A stretch of DNA of 64,000 bases, from positions 7,936-71,935 of the forward strand of contig CAAGBL010000095.1 in NCBI GenBank assembly GCA_900768045.1. The letters run 5' to 3'. The position numbers were made by a program, and so were the translations under genes. The notes under the pieces are model-generated. The model did no database searches, had not been told where the DNA came from, and was given only the letters and a program-made list of their open reading frames with translations. Positions 10,836-19,503 of the stretch are shown one piece after another; within the stretch, counting starts at the first letter, position 1, and the number at the start of each line of letters is the position of its first letter. This DNA comes from an uncultured Alistipes sp. (GTDB lineage Bacteria; Bacteroidota; Bacteroidia; Bacteroidales; Rikenellaceae).

Positions 10836-11153
10836 TTAGTCGTTTTTTGAGTTCTCGCCATTATCCGCTGCGACCTTCTCCATCACAGCAGCACTGATAT
10901 CGCCAAGAAGCTGGATATAGTCGCCGAACTCCAATCGGTCAGCAAAGTCCTCAAATGAGTAGTTAAACTCCTCCTTGTTGCGGCGGCAGTGAGCCTTCAC
11001 CACATGGTAGATATATTTCAGGTTATTCTCGGTATCCTCGGGAGTAATCGCCGAAGCCTCCATACCCGTTTCGTTCTTGAAAGAGAGCATTGCTCCCATA
11101 GTTTCGATATAAGGGTACTTCTTACCCTCAAAGTTCAAAAATATAGCTTTCAT
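10836..11153 (-). CDS. Tail assembly chaperone (gpG-like)
   Basis: 105 aa between tail tube and tape measure; ends TCA AAA AAC GAC TAA. Confidence 0.8.
   Translation of the reverse strand: MKAIFLNFEGKKYPYIETMGAMLSFKNETGMEASAITPEDTENNLKYIYHVVKAHCRRNKEEFNYSFEDFADRLEFGDYIQLLGDISAAVMEKVAADNGENSKND
10842..10848 (-). other. -1 ribosomal frameshift slippery heptamer A_AAA_AAC
   Basis: X_XXY_YYZ in the gpG frame; the -1 frame reads RLNPVSIDKLLGIAVG into the downstream ORF. Confidence 0.85.
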
Positions 11154-11156
11154 TGT

Positions 11157-11184
11157 TTCGATTGTTATTCAAATGTTATTCGAT
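11157..11184. repeat. Phased TTTGAA/ATCGAA array 2 (11-bp period)
   Basis: TTCGAT 11157, TTCAAA 11168, TTCGAT 11179. Confidence 0.55.
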
Positions 11185-11195
11185 TGTTGGTTGAA

Positions 11196-11225
11196 TAACG
11201 GGCGAAGCATTTGCCCCGCCCGTTA
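11196..11225 (-). terminator. Hairpin after the tail tube gene (partial terminator or mRNA stabiliser)
   Basis: TAACGGGCGGGGCA-AA-TGCTTCGCCCGTTA on the minus strand; weak U tract. Confidence 0.55.
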
Positions 11226-11240
11226 AAGAGTGTTGGGCGA

Positions 11241-11681
11241 TTATGCGACCTCCACAGTCTTAACCTCCCCAGAGTTCTCGAGACTGATTGAGTAGGTTGA
11301 GTCGTCATCAGCTGGATCACTCTCCTCCAAGGAGGTGATGATAAACTGACCTGTGCGATACTTCTTCGCCTCCTCGCCTCGATACGCATACTTCAAGGTT
11401 ACAGGCTCACCCTTCTCCCAAAGGGCAAGCAGGGTGTCATAACCCATCTCGTCATCTGCGAATACGAAGCCTTCGGCTGATACAGACACAGACAGGCCCG
11501 ATACGCTCTTCTCCTTCCACTTACCCGTGTTAGAAGTCTCCTTTGTTGCTCGGTCCTTGGTTTCTGCCTGATTCTGGATAGAACAAGACTTGGAGTGACC
11601 GAGGGGCGTGTCATTTACGAGTAGAATCATATTACTACCGTGGATATAGCCCTCTTTTTCTGGTGCTACTACTTCTGCCAT
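11241..11681 (-). CDS. Major tail tube protein (siphovirus type)
   Basis: HSKSCSI...KDRATKET...W...SVSAEG...G.FIITSLEE..PADDDSTYSISLE.SG; no sheath gene seen. Confidence 0.85.
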   Translation of the reverse strand: MAEVVAPEKEGYIHGSNMILLVNDTPLGHSKSCSIQNQAETKDRATKETSNTGKWKEKSVSGLSVSVSAEGFVFADDEMGYDTLLALWEKGEPVTLKYAYRGEEAKKYRTGQFIITSLEESDPADDDSTYSISLENSGEVKTVEVA

Positions 11682-12370
11682 AGTTTCGTTACTTTATTGA
11701 TTAGTGTTTTGATAATAGACCCTAAACGGGTGCGGTTCCATAAAATACGGATGGCGATACATAATGCCACCCCGAGCACGACACCGCCAAGCAGCCACTT
11801 GTGCCAATTGGAAGGCTTCTTTACAGTCTGCTCGACCTGCTCAGTAGTTCCAGAGCGAGCCATCTCTAATGCCTCATACTCATCGATGAGCTTCTGTTGG
11901 TCGAGGATAACATTCCGCAAAGAGTCAATAGTGCTACATTGTCGGAATACCGTCTGCTCAAAGCGCCAACTTCGGCGGGCGACACTATCACAGTTACCGG
12001 TAATCACGATATTATCTCCTTGCCGCTTCGCCTCCACCGAAGAGCGTCCCTCGCTTGCGTTATATGAGGCACCCTCGGGTAAGTCAAGGAGGTTCTGAGT
12101 CGGCACCGTCAGAGAGCTCGTCTGTGCAGGTACCACCTCCGTGTCCTCCGACTTCGTTGTCGTCTGTTGAGTCTCCACCTGATGGAGTACGGAGTGCTGC
12201 TCTGCGTGTGCGGTTTCTGCCTGAATTACGGCACTTGCGACCTCCTGCACTACCTCGTCCATCGTCTCGGACTTCGAGCTCGTTGATTTGGTCGCGCTGC
12301 ACGATGCCAGACAAGTCATTGCGAGCAAGAGCAGAAGCATAAGGGGGAATCCCCTGATTGTTTTTCTCAT
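11669..12370 (-). CDS. Unimolecular spanin candidate
   Basis: N-terminal lipoprotein signal (LLLLLAMTCLAS-C) plus C-terminal TM helix (WLLGGVVLGVALCIAIRILW); located in the lysis cassette. Confidence 0.7.
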   Translation of the reverse strand: MRKTIRGFPLMLLLLLAMTCLASCSATKSTSSKSETMDEVVQEVASAVIQAETAHAEQHSVLHQVETQQTTTKSEDTEVVPAQTSSLTVPTQNLLDLPEGASYNASEGRSSVEAKRQGDNIVITGNCDSVARRSWRFEQTVFRQCSTIDSLRNVILDQQKLIDEYEALEMARSGTTEQVEQTVKKPSNWHKWLLGGVVLGVALCIAIRILWNRTRLGSIIKTLINKVTKLWQK

Positions 12371-12650
12371 AGTTTTTCAGTTGTTTGGTTAATGAATCAA
12401 TTTTGCGTGTTAGAGAGTCAATTTTACCCTCCATTACCTGTTGGTTGGCGAGCAGTTTAGCATTATCTGCTTTCAACTGCACATTCTCGTTTAGCGTCTC
12501 GGTGTACTTCTCCGTTAGCAGGTCGATGGACTTCTGTAACTCAGACAGAAAATCGTTCTTCTGCTTACGGTGTGCAAAGAACCACGCCACCATTGACGAT
12601 CCACAGCCACCAACGAACAGCAATATGTCTTTTACGGTTTCAAAGTCCAT
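12084..12650 (-). CDS. Holin-like membrane protein with coiled coil
   Basis: N-terminal TM (ILLFVGGCGSSMVAWFF) then heptad repeats; lies between endolysin and spanin, overlapping the latter by 287 nt. Confidence 0.6.
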   Translation of the reverse strand: MDFETVKDILLFVGGCGSSMVAWFFAHRKQKNDFLSELQKSIDLLTEKYTETLNENVQLKADNAKLLANQQVMEGKIDSLTRKIDSLTKQLKNYEKNNQGIPPYASALARNDLSGIVQRDQINELEVRDDGRGSAGGRKCRNSGRNRTRRAALRTPSGGDSTDDNEVGGHGGGTCTDELSDGADSEPP

Positions 12651-12665
12651 ACTTGAATCAGTTTA

Positions 12666-13127
12666 TTAGTTGATACCTATCTCTCGGAGCCACGCTGGGA
12701 CATCAAACGAAGGACACGCCTTTGCGGATAGAGCGTTATGCCCAACGATTTCGACATCAGGGTGTCGGCGGTGGAAGTCGAGTACATACTGCTTCATTGC
12801 CTCCTTCTGTGCCTCGGTGCGAGTATCCTTGGGAGTTTTGGAGGTCGCAGCACGACCTCCTACATACACAATGTGCCGGGATGTGGAATTGTACCCTTTT
12901 GCCCCATTTGTAATCTCCCACGGATCTACATTCGCATCTTCGTTGTTCGCAACCAAACGCTCGACTGTTCCGTCAAGGTGGAACATATCGGTGTAGCCGA
13001 CCTGTTGCCAACCTCTACCCCCCTTTGAGGCAGGGGAGGTATGCCAATGACGAATATCGTCAGAGGACACCTTACGCCCCTCGGGGGTATCAGTGCAGTG
13101 TATTACCAAGCGTTTCAGTTGTGCCAT
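12666..13127 (-). CDS. Endolysin, N-acetylmuramoyl-L-alanine amidase (Amidase_2/T7 lysozyme-like)
   Basis: LVIHCTDT, GW..VGY, GH....KACPSFDV motifs. Confidence 0.92.
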   Translation of the reverse strand: MAQLKRLVIHCTDTPEGRKVSSDDIRHWHTSPASKGGRGWQQVGYTDMFHLDGTVERLVANNEDANVDPWEITNGAKGYNSTSRHIVYVGGRAATSKTPKDTRTEAQKEAMKQYVLDFHRRHPDVEIVGHNALSAKACPSFDVPAWLREIGIN

Positions 13128-13129
13128 CG

Positions 13130-13486
13130 CTAATCCTCCTTGGGCTCTGCGCCCTCCGGCTCAACAACCTCCTCGGGGGCAGGGTTAGCATCGCCCTCCT
13201 CAGGCTGCTCCTTTACCTTCTTGTCAGCCTTCTTGGGCTTTTGCGATGAACGACCAGCCTTGGGCTTCTCGTCCTCCTTCTTCTCCTCAGGCTTCTCGTC
13301 TGCTACCGTTGCAGGTGCAGGGGTTTCGTTGTCGGCACCTGTGGACAGCTCGATGACCTCACCGAGACCTCGCTTCACGATATCGTTGATGCGAGCAACA
13401 TCGTCAATGTCGATGATTGCGCCAGCCTCAAAAATCTGCTTCTTGTTCTCCTTGTTGATAAAGGTCTTCAATACTTTCAGTTGCAT
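13130..13486 (-). CDS. Phage head-associated protein with acidic, Pro/Lys-rich disordered tail
   Basis: 118 aa directly downstream of the capsid gene. Confidence 0.6.
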   Translation of the reverse strand: MQLKVLKTFINKENKKQIFEAGAIIDIDDVARINDIVKRGLGEVIELSTGADNETPAPATVADEKPEEKKEDEKPKAGRSSQKPKKADKKVKEQPEEGDANPAPEEVVEPEGAEPKED

Positions 13487-13509
13487 ACTACTTCGTTTTA
13501 AGGTTAGAC

Positions 13510-14442
13510 TTATGCCTCAGGGAGTTCGTCTCTCCAATCAGCAAGAACGGTGTGCTCACCGAATGCGATGTTGGTATCTGCCTTCATCAACATCTTGAAG
13601 AAGTAACGCTCACCGGCATTGGTCAAGCGGTCAATCTTCACGCACTCGAAGTCGTCTGCGAGATTTACAGCTGCCCAGAGGTTCGAGTCGATATCCATCG
13701 TTGCGATGGTCGCTACGATAACGCCCTGAGGCCAATCTGCCAACGGCTCGATGTTGTACTTCTTGAAGCGAGCCACATTGCTCGAAGTAGGATCTGCACC
13801 CTTGTGATGGAGGTCGGTGAGCTCATCATCGTAGGCATCAAAGTCCTCAATAGACATCAAGAACTTCAAGCCGGGATGGTTGCGGAGAGCCTTAGGAATT
13901 GCACGGTGTACCTTGCGCAACTTCTGAATCATCGTATCCGCACCCGACACATCTGCCTTGACTACATCGCCATCGGCAAGGATACGAGTAAGAATACCAT
14001 TGAAGAACTGCTCCTCACCCTCACCAGCGGTACCGTTGATAAAGTGCCAGCCAAGCTCAAAGTCCACGACCTTGCCCAACTCCTCGAGGAATGCTGCCTG
14101 TGCCTCAGCAGGAAGCTCCGAGAATACGAGGTTGCCCGTAGGCTGCCACTGCTTCCAGAACTTCTCAAACGAGCGAGGATTGAAGGTGGTGAACGCCATA
14201 AAGTCCACAGGCTCCAACTTGCGCTCATCGATATTGAACGAGCCCTTCGAGTCGCCATCCTCAGGCTGCTCCTTGCGCTTCTGCAAGAACTTGCCAGCTT
14301 TCAAGCGAGGAATGTAAAATGCCTTCTGCACATTAGGCTCAATGTGGATAAGGCCACGCTTTACCAACTCATTGTTGGTCGTTGCTTTCACGAGAAGTTT
14401 TGCTAAAACTTCACCCTGATAAGCTGTCTGAATGTTTGCCAT
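13510..14442 (-). CDS. Major capsid protein
   Basis: 310 aa directly after the protease/scaffold gene; FFNGIL and YFFKMLMKADTNIAFGE motifs. Confidence 0.8.
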   Translation of the reverse strand: MANIQTAYQGEVLAKLLVKATTNNELVKRGLIHIEPNVQKAFYIPRLKAGKFLQKRKEQPEDGDSKGSFNIDERKLEPVDFMAFTTFNPRSFEKFWKQWQPTGNLVFSELPAEAQAAFLEELGKVVDFELGWHFINGTAGEGEEQFFNGILTRILADGDVVKADVSGADTMIQKLRKVHRAIPKALRNHPGLKFLMSIEDFDAYDDELTDLHHKGADPTSSNVARFKKYNIEPLADWPQGVIVATIATMDIDSNLWAAVNLADDFECVKIDRLTNAGERYFFKMLMKADTNIAFGEHTVLADWRDELPEA

Positions 14443-14471
14443 AGTTTGTACTGTTTTTTGTTGTTATTTTG

Positions 14472-15536
14472 TTACTTTTTGAGGTCCTCACGAATCTCAT
14501 TCATACGGGCCTCCCACGCATCAGTTACCTGTGCACCACCCTTGCCGATGATAGTTGCTGCACGGCGTTTAGGCTTCTGTGATGCAAGAATAGCACGGGC
14601 ATCGTCAGCCTTCTCCGTGTGGAGCATAGCGACATAGTGCTCACGCTGATCCTCCCCGATGCGACCCTCATCGATAGCGGTCTGCACCTCGGCATCGATA
14701 GCAGCTTCCGCCGCCTCCTTTGCCTTCTGCTCATACTCATCCGCCTTCTCCTTGTAAGCATCACGCTCTTTGGTTACGGCTTCCAACTGCTCCGCCTTCG
14801 CCTCCATCTCGGCGATGCGGTTCATAATAGCTACTTCGTCAGCGCAGTCGCTGAACGAAGGTCTTGATTTGATTTTGTCGATCATTTGTTCGTGTTTGTT
14901 AGATAAAACCTTGATTGAATTAAGATATTGAGCAGTGTATCGCTCACATAGTTGCTGTTCTGAAAGGGTATCTACAACCTCGACCTTGTTAGGGTCATCG
15001 TAGATTGCATCAACAAATCCCATAGCCAACGCCTCATCAGCAGTCAGCCAATGGTTCTCGCCGTCCATATACTTTGCACGCACCTCCTCCACGCTCATAC
15101 CTGTACGCTCGGAGTATATACTGCAAAGGATATCCTCAATATCCTCCAGCGTTTGGATATACTCCTTCAACTCATCAGCATTTGCGCTGACGATTACTGA
15201 CGGGCGATGTATCATTATACGAGCATAACGACTCATCTTTACAGGCTTACCACAGCCCGCAATGAACGAGGCGGTACTTGCTGCAATACAATCAATGTAG
15301 ATAGTGATATCCGCTTGCGACTGATGCAAGGCATTGAAGATGGCGATGCCTGTATGCACATCACCTCCGACAGAGTTGATACGCACATCAATCTTTCGAT
15401 ATGTACGCTCTGCCTCCATCAGCTGGGCAACTACATCTTGTGCCCTAACATCGGCATAGTTGCCAATCTCGCCATAAAGCAAGATGCAACAGGTGTCCTC
15501 CTGAGGACCGGGAATGATATTGAATATGTTTGCCAT
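14472..15536 (-). CDS. ClpP-like prohead protease with C-terminal scaffold domain (start MANIFNII)
   Basis: LYGEIG, RINSVGG, IAASTASFIA, IMIHRP, WLTADEALAMGFVD; coiled-coil C-terminus. Confidence 0.9.
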   Translation of the reverse strand: MANIFNIIPGPQEDTCCILLYGEIGNYADVRAQDVVAQLMEAERTYRKIDVRINSVGGDVHTGIAIFNALHQSQADITIYIDCIAASTASFIAGCGKPVKMSRYARIMIHRPSVIVSANADELKEYIQTLEDIEDILCSIYSERTGMSVEEVRAKYMDGENHWLTADEALAMGFVDAIYDDPNKVEVVDTLSEQQLCERYTAQYLNSIKVLSNKHEQMIDKIKSRPSFSDCADEVAIMNRIAEMEAKAEQLEAVTKERDAYKEKADEYEQKAKEAAEAAIDAEVQTAIDEGRIGEDQREHYVAMLHTEKADDARAILASQKPKRRAATIIGKGGAQVTDAWEARMNEIREDLKK

Positions 15537-15552
15537 TTTGCGTTTTGTTTTG

Positions 15553-15687
15553 TGCAAAATTGGGGCGTGTATCTGCACTTTGCAAATCGCAAAAACATCA
15601 TAACAAGTTACAATGTTATGATGACGCTATAAAGTGTTATGATGTTTTTCTGATTTGTCAATCACCTATTTAGAGGTCAATTTTGCA
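15553..15687. promoter_or_regulatory. Dyad-symmetric divergent late promoter pair
   Basis: Three nested inverted pairs centred on 15620: TGCAAAATTG/CAATTTTGCA, CAAATC/GATTTG and AAAAACATCATAACA/TGTTATGATGTTTTT. Each side reads TTTG-N20-CAATTTTG. Confidence 0.8.
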
Positions 15688-15706
15688 AAAGCAAAAGCAC
15701 AAAACT

Positions 15707-16150
15707 ATGAACAATATGACCTCACAACAGAAGCGCCAATGGGCGATGTCGATGTATATTCACGAGAACCGAACACAGGAGGAGATTGCCGATGTGGTTG
15801 GGGTATCTCGTCAGACTATTATACGCTGGGCAAAAGCCGACAAATGGCACGAACACAAAGCCTCGCTTACTATGACACGAGAGGGGCAAATTCAGGCACT
15901 ACAACAGCAGATTGTAGAGATTAACAACAACATTCTTCAGCGAGAGGACGGACAGCGTTATGCCTCGCCAAAAGAGGCTGACACCATCTCCAAACTAACC
16001 AATGCCATCAACAAATTGGAAACCGATGCAGGTATCCACGATGTTGTTAGCGTTGGGCAGCGATTTATTGCGTGGCTACGCCCTATCGACCTCGACCTGA
16101 CAAAGAGGTTCACACAGTTGTTCGACTCATTTATTAACTCCTTGATGTAG
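15707..16150 (+). CDS. Terminase small subunit-like HTH protein
   Basis: TQEEIADVVGVSRQTIIRW HTH directly upstream of the large terminase; ATG at 15707 after an A-rich leader. Confidence 0.8.
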   Translation: MNNMTSQQKRQWAMSMYIHENRTQEEIADVVGVSRQTIIRWAKADKWHEHKASLTMTREGQIQALQQQIVEINNNILQREDGQRYASPKEADTISKLTNAINKLETDAGIHDVVSVGQRFIAWLRPIDLDLTKRFTQLFDSFINSLM

Positions 16151-16154
16151 CCCT

Positions 16155-17702
16155 ATGAAGCAAATTGACCGTGATGCTCTACGCAAATGGGAGGAACTCA
16201 AACGCTCCATATACAACGATACGCCCATAGACACCTCGCTATCCCCAGCCGAGGTGGAGAAGCTGCGTATCAAGTTAGAGGCAAATCCTATCGAGTGGAT
16301 TAAATACCTATTCCCCAACTATGCCAAGGCAGAGTTCGCCCCGTTCCATATCAAAGCCATCAAGCGACTCATTAACAATCCCGAGTGGTTTGAGGTGTTG
16401 TCGTGGAGCCGAGAGTTGGCAAAGAGTACCATCGTGATGTTCGTTGTACTCTACTTGGTTCTGACCAAGCGCAAGAACACTGTTATGTTGGCTGCTGCCA
16501 CCCAGAAGGCTGCTGCCAAGCTACTTGCCCCATACCGAGCCAATCTTGAAAGTAACCGCCGACTCATTCAGCTGTATGGCGAGCAAATGAGCGTAGGCGA
16601 TTGGTCGGAGCTCCAATTCAAAACCAAGCAAGGAGCGTCATTTACAGGTCTTGGTGCCGGTGATGCGCCTCGTGGAGCCCGTAATGAGGCGAAGCGTCCA
16701 GATATTCTGATTGTCGATGACTTTGATACTGACGAGGATTGCTTAAATCCCGATGTGCTGAATAAAAAGTGGGAATGGTGGGAACATGCCCTGTACCCGA
16801 CACGCTCGGTATCAGAGCCAACACTAATTGTATTCTGCGGTAATATCATCGCAGAGGATTGTTGTATCAAAAGAGCTGGAGAAAAAGCCGACCATTGGGA
16901 TATAGTGAATATCCGAGATGCCGAAGGTAAAAGCACTTGGCCATCCAAGAACTCCGAGGAGATGATTGACCGCATACTCTCGAAGATAAGCACTAAGGCA
17001 GCACAGGGAGAGTATTTCAATAACCCTGTTGTCGAGGGTAAAATCTTCTCTACGGTCAAGTGGGGCAAGGTGCCACCACTACGCAAGTTCCCGTTCCTGT
17101 GCATCTATGCCGACCCAACATCATCGGAGGCGAAAGGCTCTGCCAAGAATAAAAAGGGTTCACTCAAAGCGATGTGGCTGCTTGGCAAGATGGATCGCAC
17201 TCTTTATGTTATCAAAGGCTTCCTCGGCAAGATGACCACTGATGAGTTCGTAACGCACTACTTCACGCTGTATCTACACGCACTTATGAAGGGGCAGCGT
17301 AACATCTATATGGTGCAGGAGAATAACTCTCTGCAGGATCCATTTTTTCAACAGGTATTCAAGAAGGTGTTAGCCGCCAAGTGTAAGGAGTTAGGTGTCA
17401 ATATATCGGTCATACCTGATGAGAAAAAGAAGACCGACAAAGCACTGCGTATCGAGGCGAATCTTGAACCTCTGAACCGAGAGGGATTGCTGGTACTCAA
17501 CGAAGCGGAACATAACGACCCGAATATGCAGGGGCTCGAAGAGGAGTTCAAATTCTTTTCAATGTCGCTCAAATTCCACGCTGACGGTGTGGACTGCGTA
17601 GAGGGTGGCAATCGCTTTATCGATGACAAAATCGGGCAGATGCACCCTATACACACAACATCGTACAAGACAATAGCAAAACGCAATAAATACAGACAAT
17701 AA
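16155..17702 (+). CDS. Terminase large subunit
   Basis: WSRELAKST Walker A variant, RPDILIVDD Walker B, C-terminal nuclease with YADP and HADGVD. Confidence 0.9.
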   Translation: MKQIDRDALRKWEELKRSIYNDTPIDTSLSPAEVEKLRIKLEANPIEWIKYLFPNYAKAEFAPFHIKAIKRLINNPEWFEVLSWSRELAKSTIVMFVVLYLVLTKRKNTVMLAAATQKAAAKLLAPYRANLESNRRLIQLYGEQMSVGDWSELQFKTKQGASFTGLGAGDAPRGARNEAKRPDILIVDDFDTDEDCLNPDVLNKKWEWWEHALYPTRSVSEPTLIVFCGNIIAEDCCIKRAGEKADHWDIVNIRDAEGKSTWPSKNSEEMIDRILSKISTKAAQGEYFNNPVVEGKIFSTVKWGKVPPLRKFPFLCIYADPTSSEAKGSAKNKKGSLKAMWLLGKMDRTLYVIKGFLGKMTTDEFVTHYFTLYLHALMKGQRNIYMVQENNSLQDPFFQQVFKKVLAAKCKELGVNISVIPDEKKKTDKALRIEANLEPLNREGLLVLNEAEHNDPNMQGLEEEFKFFSMSLKFHADGVDCVEGGNRFIDDKIGQMHPIHTTSYKTIAKRNKYRQ

Positions 17703-18127
17703 TGGCAAACTTCATTACTACGGAGGATTATAACGCCTCCATACATCAGGAGATATTAGACGCTGTTATACGCTCCGACAGCACAATCATCGAGGTTGTA
17801 GAGGATAGAGCCATAGCCGAGATGCGAGGCTATATGTCTCGCCGCTACGACTGCGACAAGGTATTCTCTGCCGAGGGCAAGGAGCGCAACGAATTGGTGC
17901 TAATGATGGCTATTGACATCGCCATATATCACCTGTTCTGCATACACAATCCTCGTATGATGTCGGAGATTCGTGTTGAACGATATGAGCGTGCTATCAA
18001 GTGGCTCGAAGGAATACGAAAAGGCGATATCACAGTCGATGGGCTTCCTGAAGTAGAAAGCGAGGTTATGGATACCGCCTCGCAGTTCCAGATACGCAGT
18101 AATAGAAAACGAAATAACAACATCTAA
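17702..18127 (+). CDS. Head-tail adaptor (Mu gp36/DUF1320-like)
   Basis: DIAIYHL...RYERAIKWLEGI motif. Confidence 0.85.
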   Translation: MANFITTEDYNASIHQEILDAVIRSDSTIIEVVEDRAIAEMRGYMSRRYDCDKVFSAEGKERNELVLMMAIDIAIYHLFCIHNPRMMSEIRVERYERAIKWLEGIRKGDITVDGLPEVESEVMDTASQFQIRSNRKRNNNI

Positions 18128-18129
18128 CT

Positions 18130-19503
18130 ATGGCAAAGAACAAGAAGCACAATAAGCGTATCACCTCTGGTGGTAGTGTTGGGCGTACCCCTACGCAAAC
18201 AATCGTACTTCAGCCCACCCGCCGAGGTGGACTCGATGTGTCCGAGTATATGACAGCAATACGCAAGGCGGAGTTAATCGACTACCCCCAGCGTAAGAAG
18301 CTCATCGACCTCTACAAAGATGTCAAAACAGACTCCCACCTATTTGCGGTACTTCGCAAGCAGAAGGCAGCTATACTTTCAACCCCGATTCAGTTCCTGC
18401 GTGATGGTGAGGTTGATGAGCAGATGCAGGAGCATATTACATCGCCTTGGTTCAACCACTTCATTGAGGACCTTATTGACCACGAGTGGGAAGGTGTCGG
18501 AGGCTCGCTGTTCCAATTCTACAAAGACGAGAAGGGCTGGGTTAAGTACGACCTTATTCCGAGGGAACATGTGGACCCAATCAACCGCACGATCCTCCGT
18601 AACCCGACAGACCTCCGAGGCGAGAGCTGGGAGGAGTTCTCCGACTTGTTGTATGTCGGCGACCCCAGACAAATCGGCGACCTTGCGGTCTGCGCCTTCT
18701 GGGTAATCCTCAAACGCAACAATGTGTCTGATTGGGCCGAGCTCGCCGAGATATTCGGGCGACCTATCCGAGAGGGTACATACGATGCGTGGGACGAGAA
18801 GGCTCGAGAAAAATTGATTGAGGATATCTACAATATGGGCGGTGCTGGTATCATTATCCACCCTGACGGAACGAAAATAAACCTACTCCAAACAGGCAAT
18901 GTGTCCGGAGCTGGGGATATGTATAGCGGACTTGCCACATATTGCAACAACGAGATGAGTAAGGCGGTAAATGGTAATACCTTGACCACCGAGGCGGGCG
19001 ACAAAGGCACGCAAGCCCTCGGCACTGTACAACAGGAGGGCGAGGTCGATATCACCTTCTTCATTAAGCGACAGATCCTCGACATTCTCAACTATGAGGT
19101 GTGCGACATCTTTGCTGCTCTCGGCATCAACACCAAGGGTGGTAAATTCGCCTTTGTGCCACCAAAGAAGAAGGACCCTGCACAACAGGTTACTATCGTT
19201 TGCCGACTGAAAAATGAGGCAGGATTACCCATTGCCGATGACTACCTCTATGAGGAGTTCGGTATTCCGAAGCCCGATGACTACGACCAAATCAAGGAGC
19301 AAGCACAGGCAACAGCAGCAGCCATCAAAGAGGGCAAAAAAGAGGATAAAACAGAGGACCCTGACGCTGATGGAGACGAGAGTACCGAGCCCAAGAGCAA
19401 AAAAACAACCTCTAAGAAAGACGAAGACCACAAATTCATAGATCGTCTTCGCAGTTTTTTTGGAGGAGCCCCCGACAGCGCGGGGGCGGATTTAGATTGG
19501 TAG
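18130..19503 (+). CDS. Portal protein (Mu gp29/DUF935-like)
   Basis: DSHLFAVLRKQK, W..LAEIFGRP, CNNEMSKAVNGNTLTT, YLYEEFGIP motifs. Confidence 0.9.
   Translation: MAKNKKHNKRITSGGSVGRTPTQTIVLQPTRRGGLDVSEYMTAIRKAELIDYPQRKKLIDLYKDVKTDSHLFAVLRKQKAAILSTPIQFLRDGEVDEQMQEHITSPWFNHFIEDLIDHEWEGVGGSLFQFYKDEKGWVKYDLIPREHVDPINRTILRNPTDLRGESWEEFSDLLYVGDPRQIGDLAVCAFWVILKRNNVSDWAELAEIFGRPIREGTYDAWDEKAREKLIEDIYNMGGAGIIIHPDGTKINLLQTGNVSGAGDMYSGLATYCNNEMSKAVNGNTLTTEAGDKGTQALGTVQQEGEVDITFFIKRQILDILNYEVCDIFAALGINTKGGKFAFVPPKKKDPAQQVTIVCRLKNEAGLPIADDYLYEEFGIPKPDDYDQIKEQAQATAAAIKEGKKEDKTEDPDADGDESTEPKSKKTTSKKDEDHKFIDRLRSFFGGAPDSAGADLDW
19455..19487 (+). other. Predicted -1 frameshift signal joining portal to MuF
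   Basis: T_TTT_TTT (19455-19461), 6-nt spacer, hairpin GCCCCCG-ACAGCG-CGGGGGC (19468-19487); the -1 frame is open into MuF. Confidence 0.7.

Noticed and set aside
15591..15649. Invertible promoter switch flanked by 15-bp inverted repeats
   Set aside because: Only 29 bp are enclosed, the promoter boxes lie outside, and the symmetry extends further; this fits paired activator sites better.
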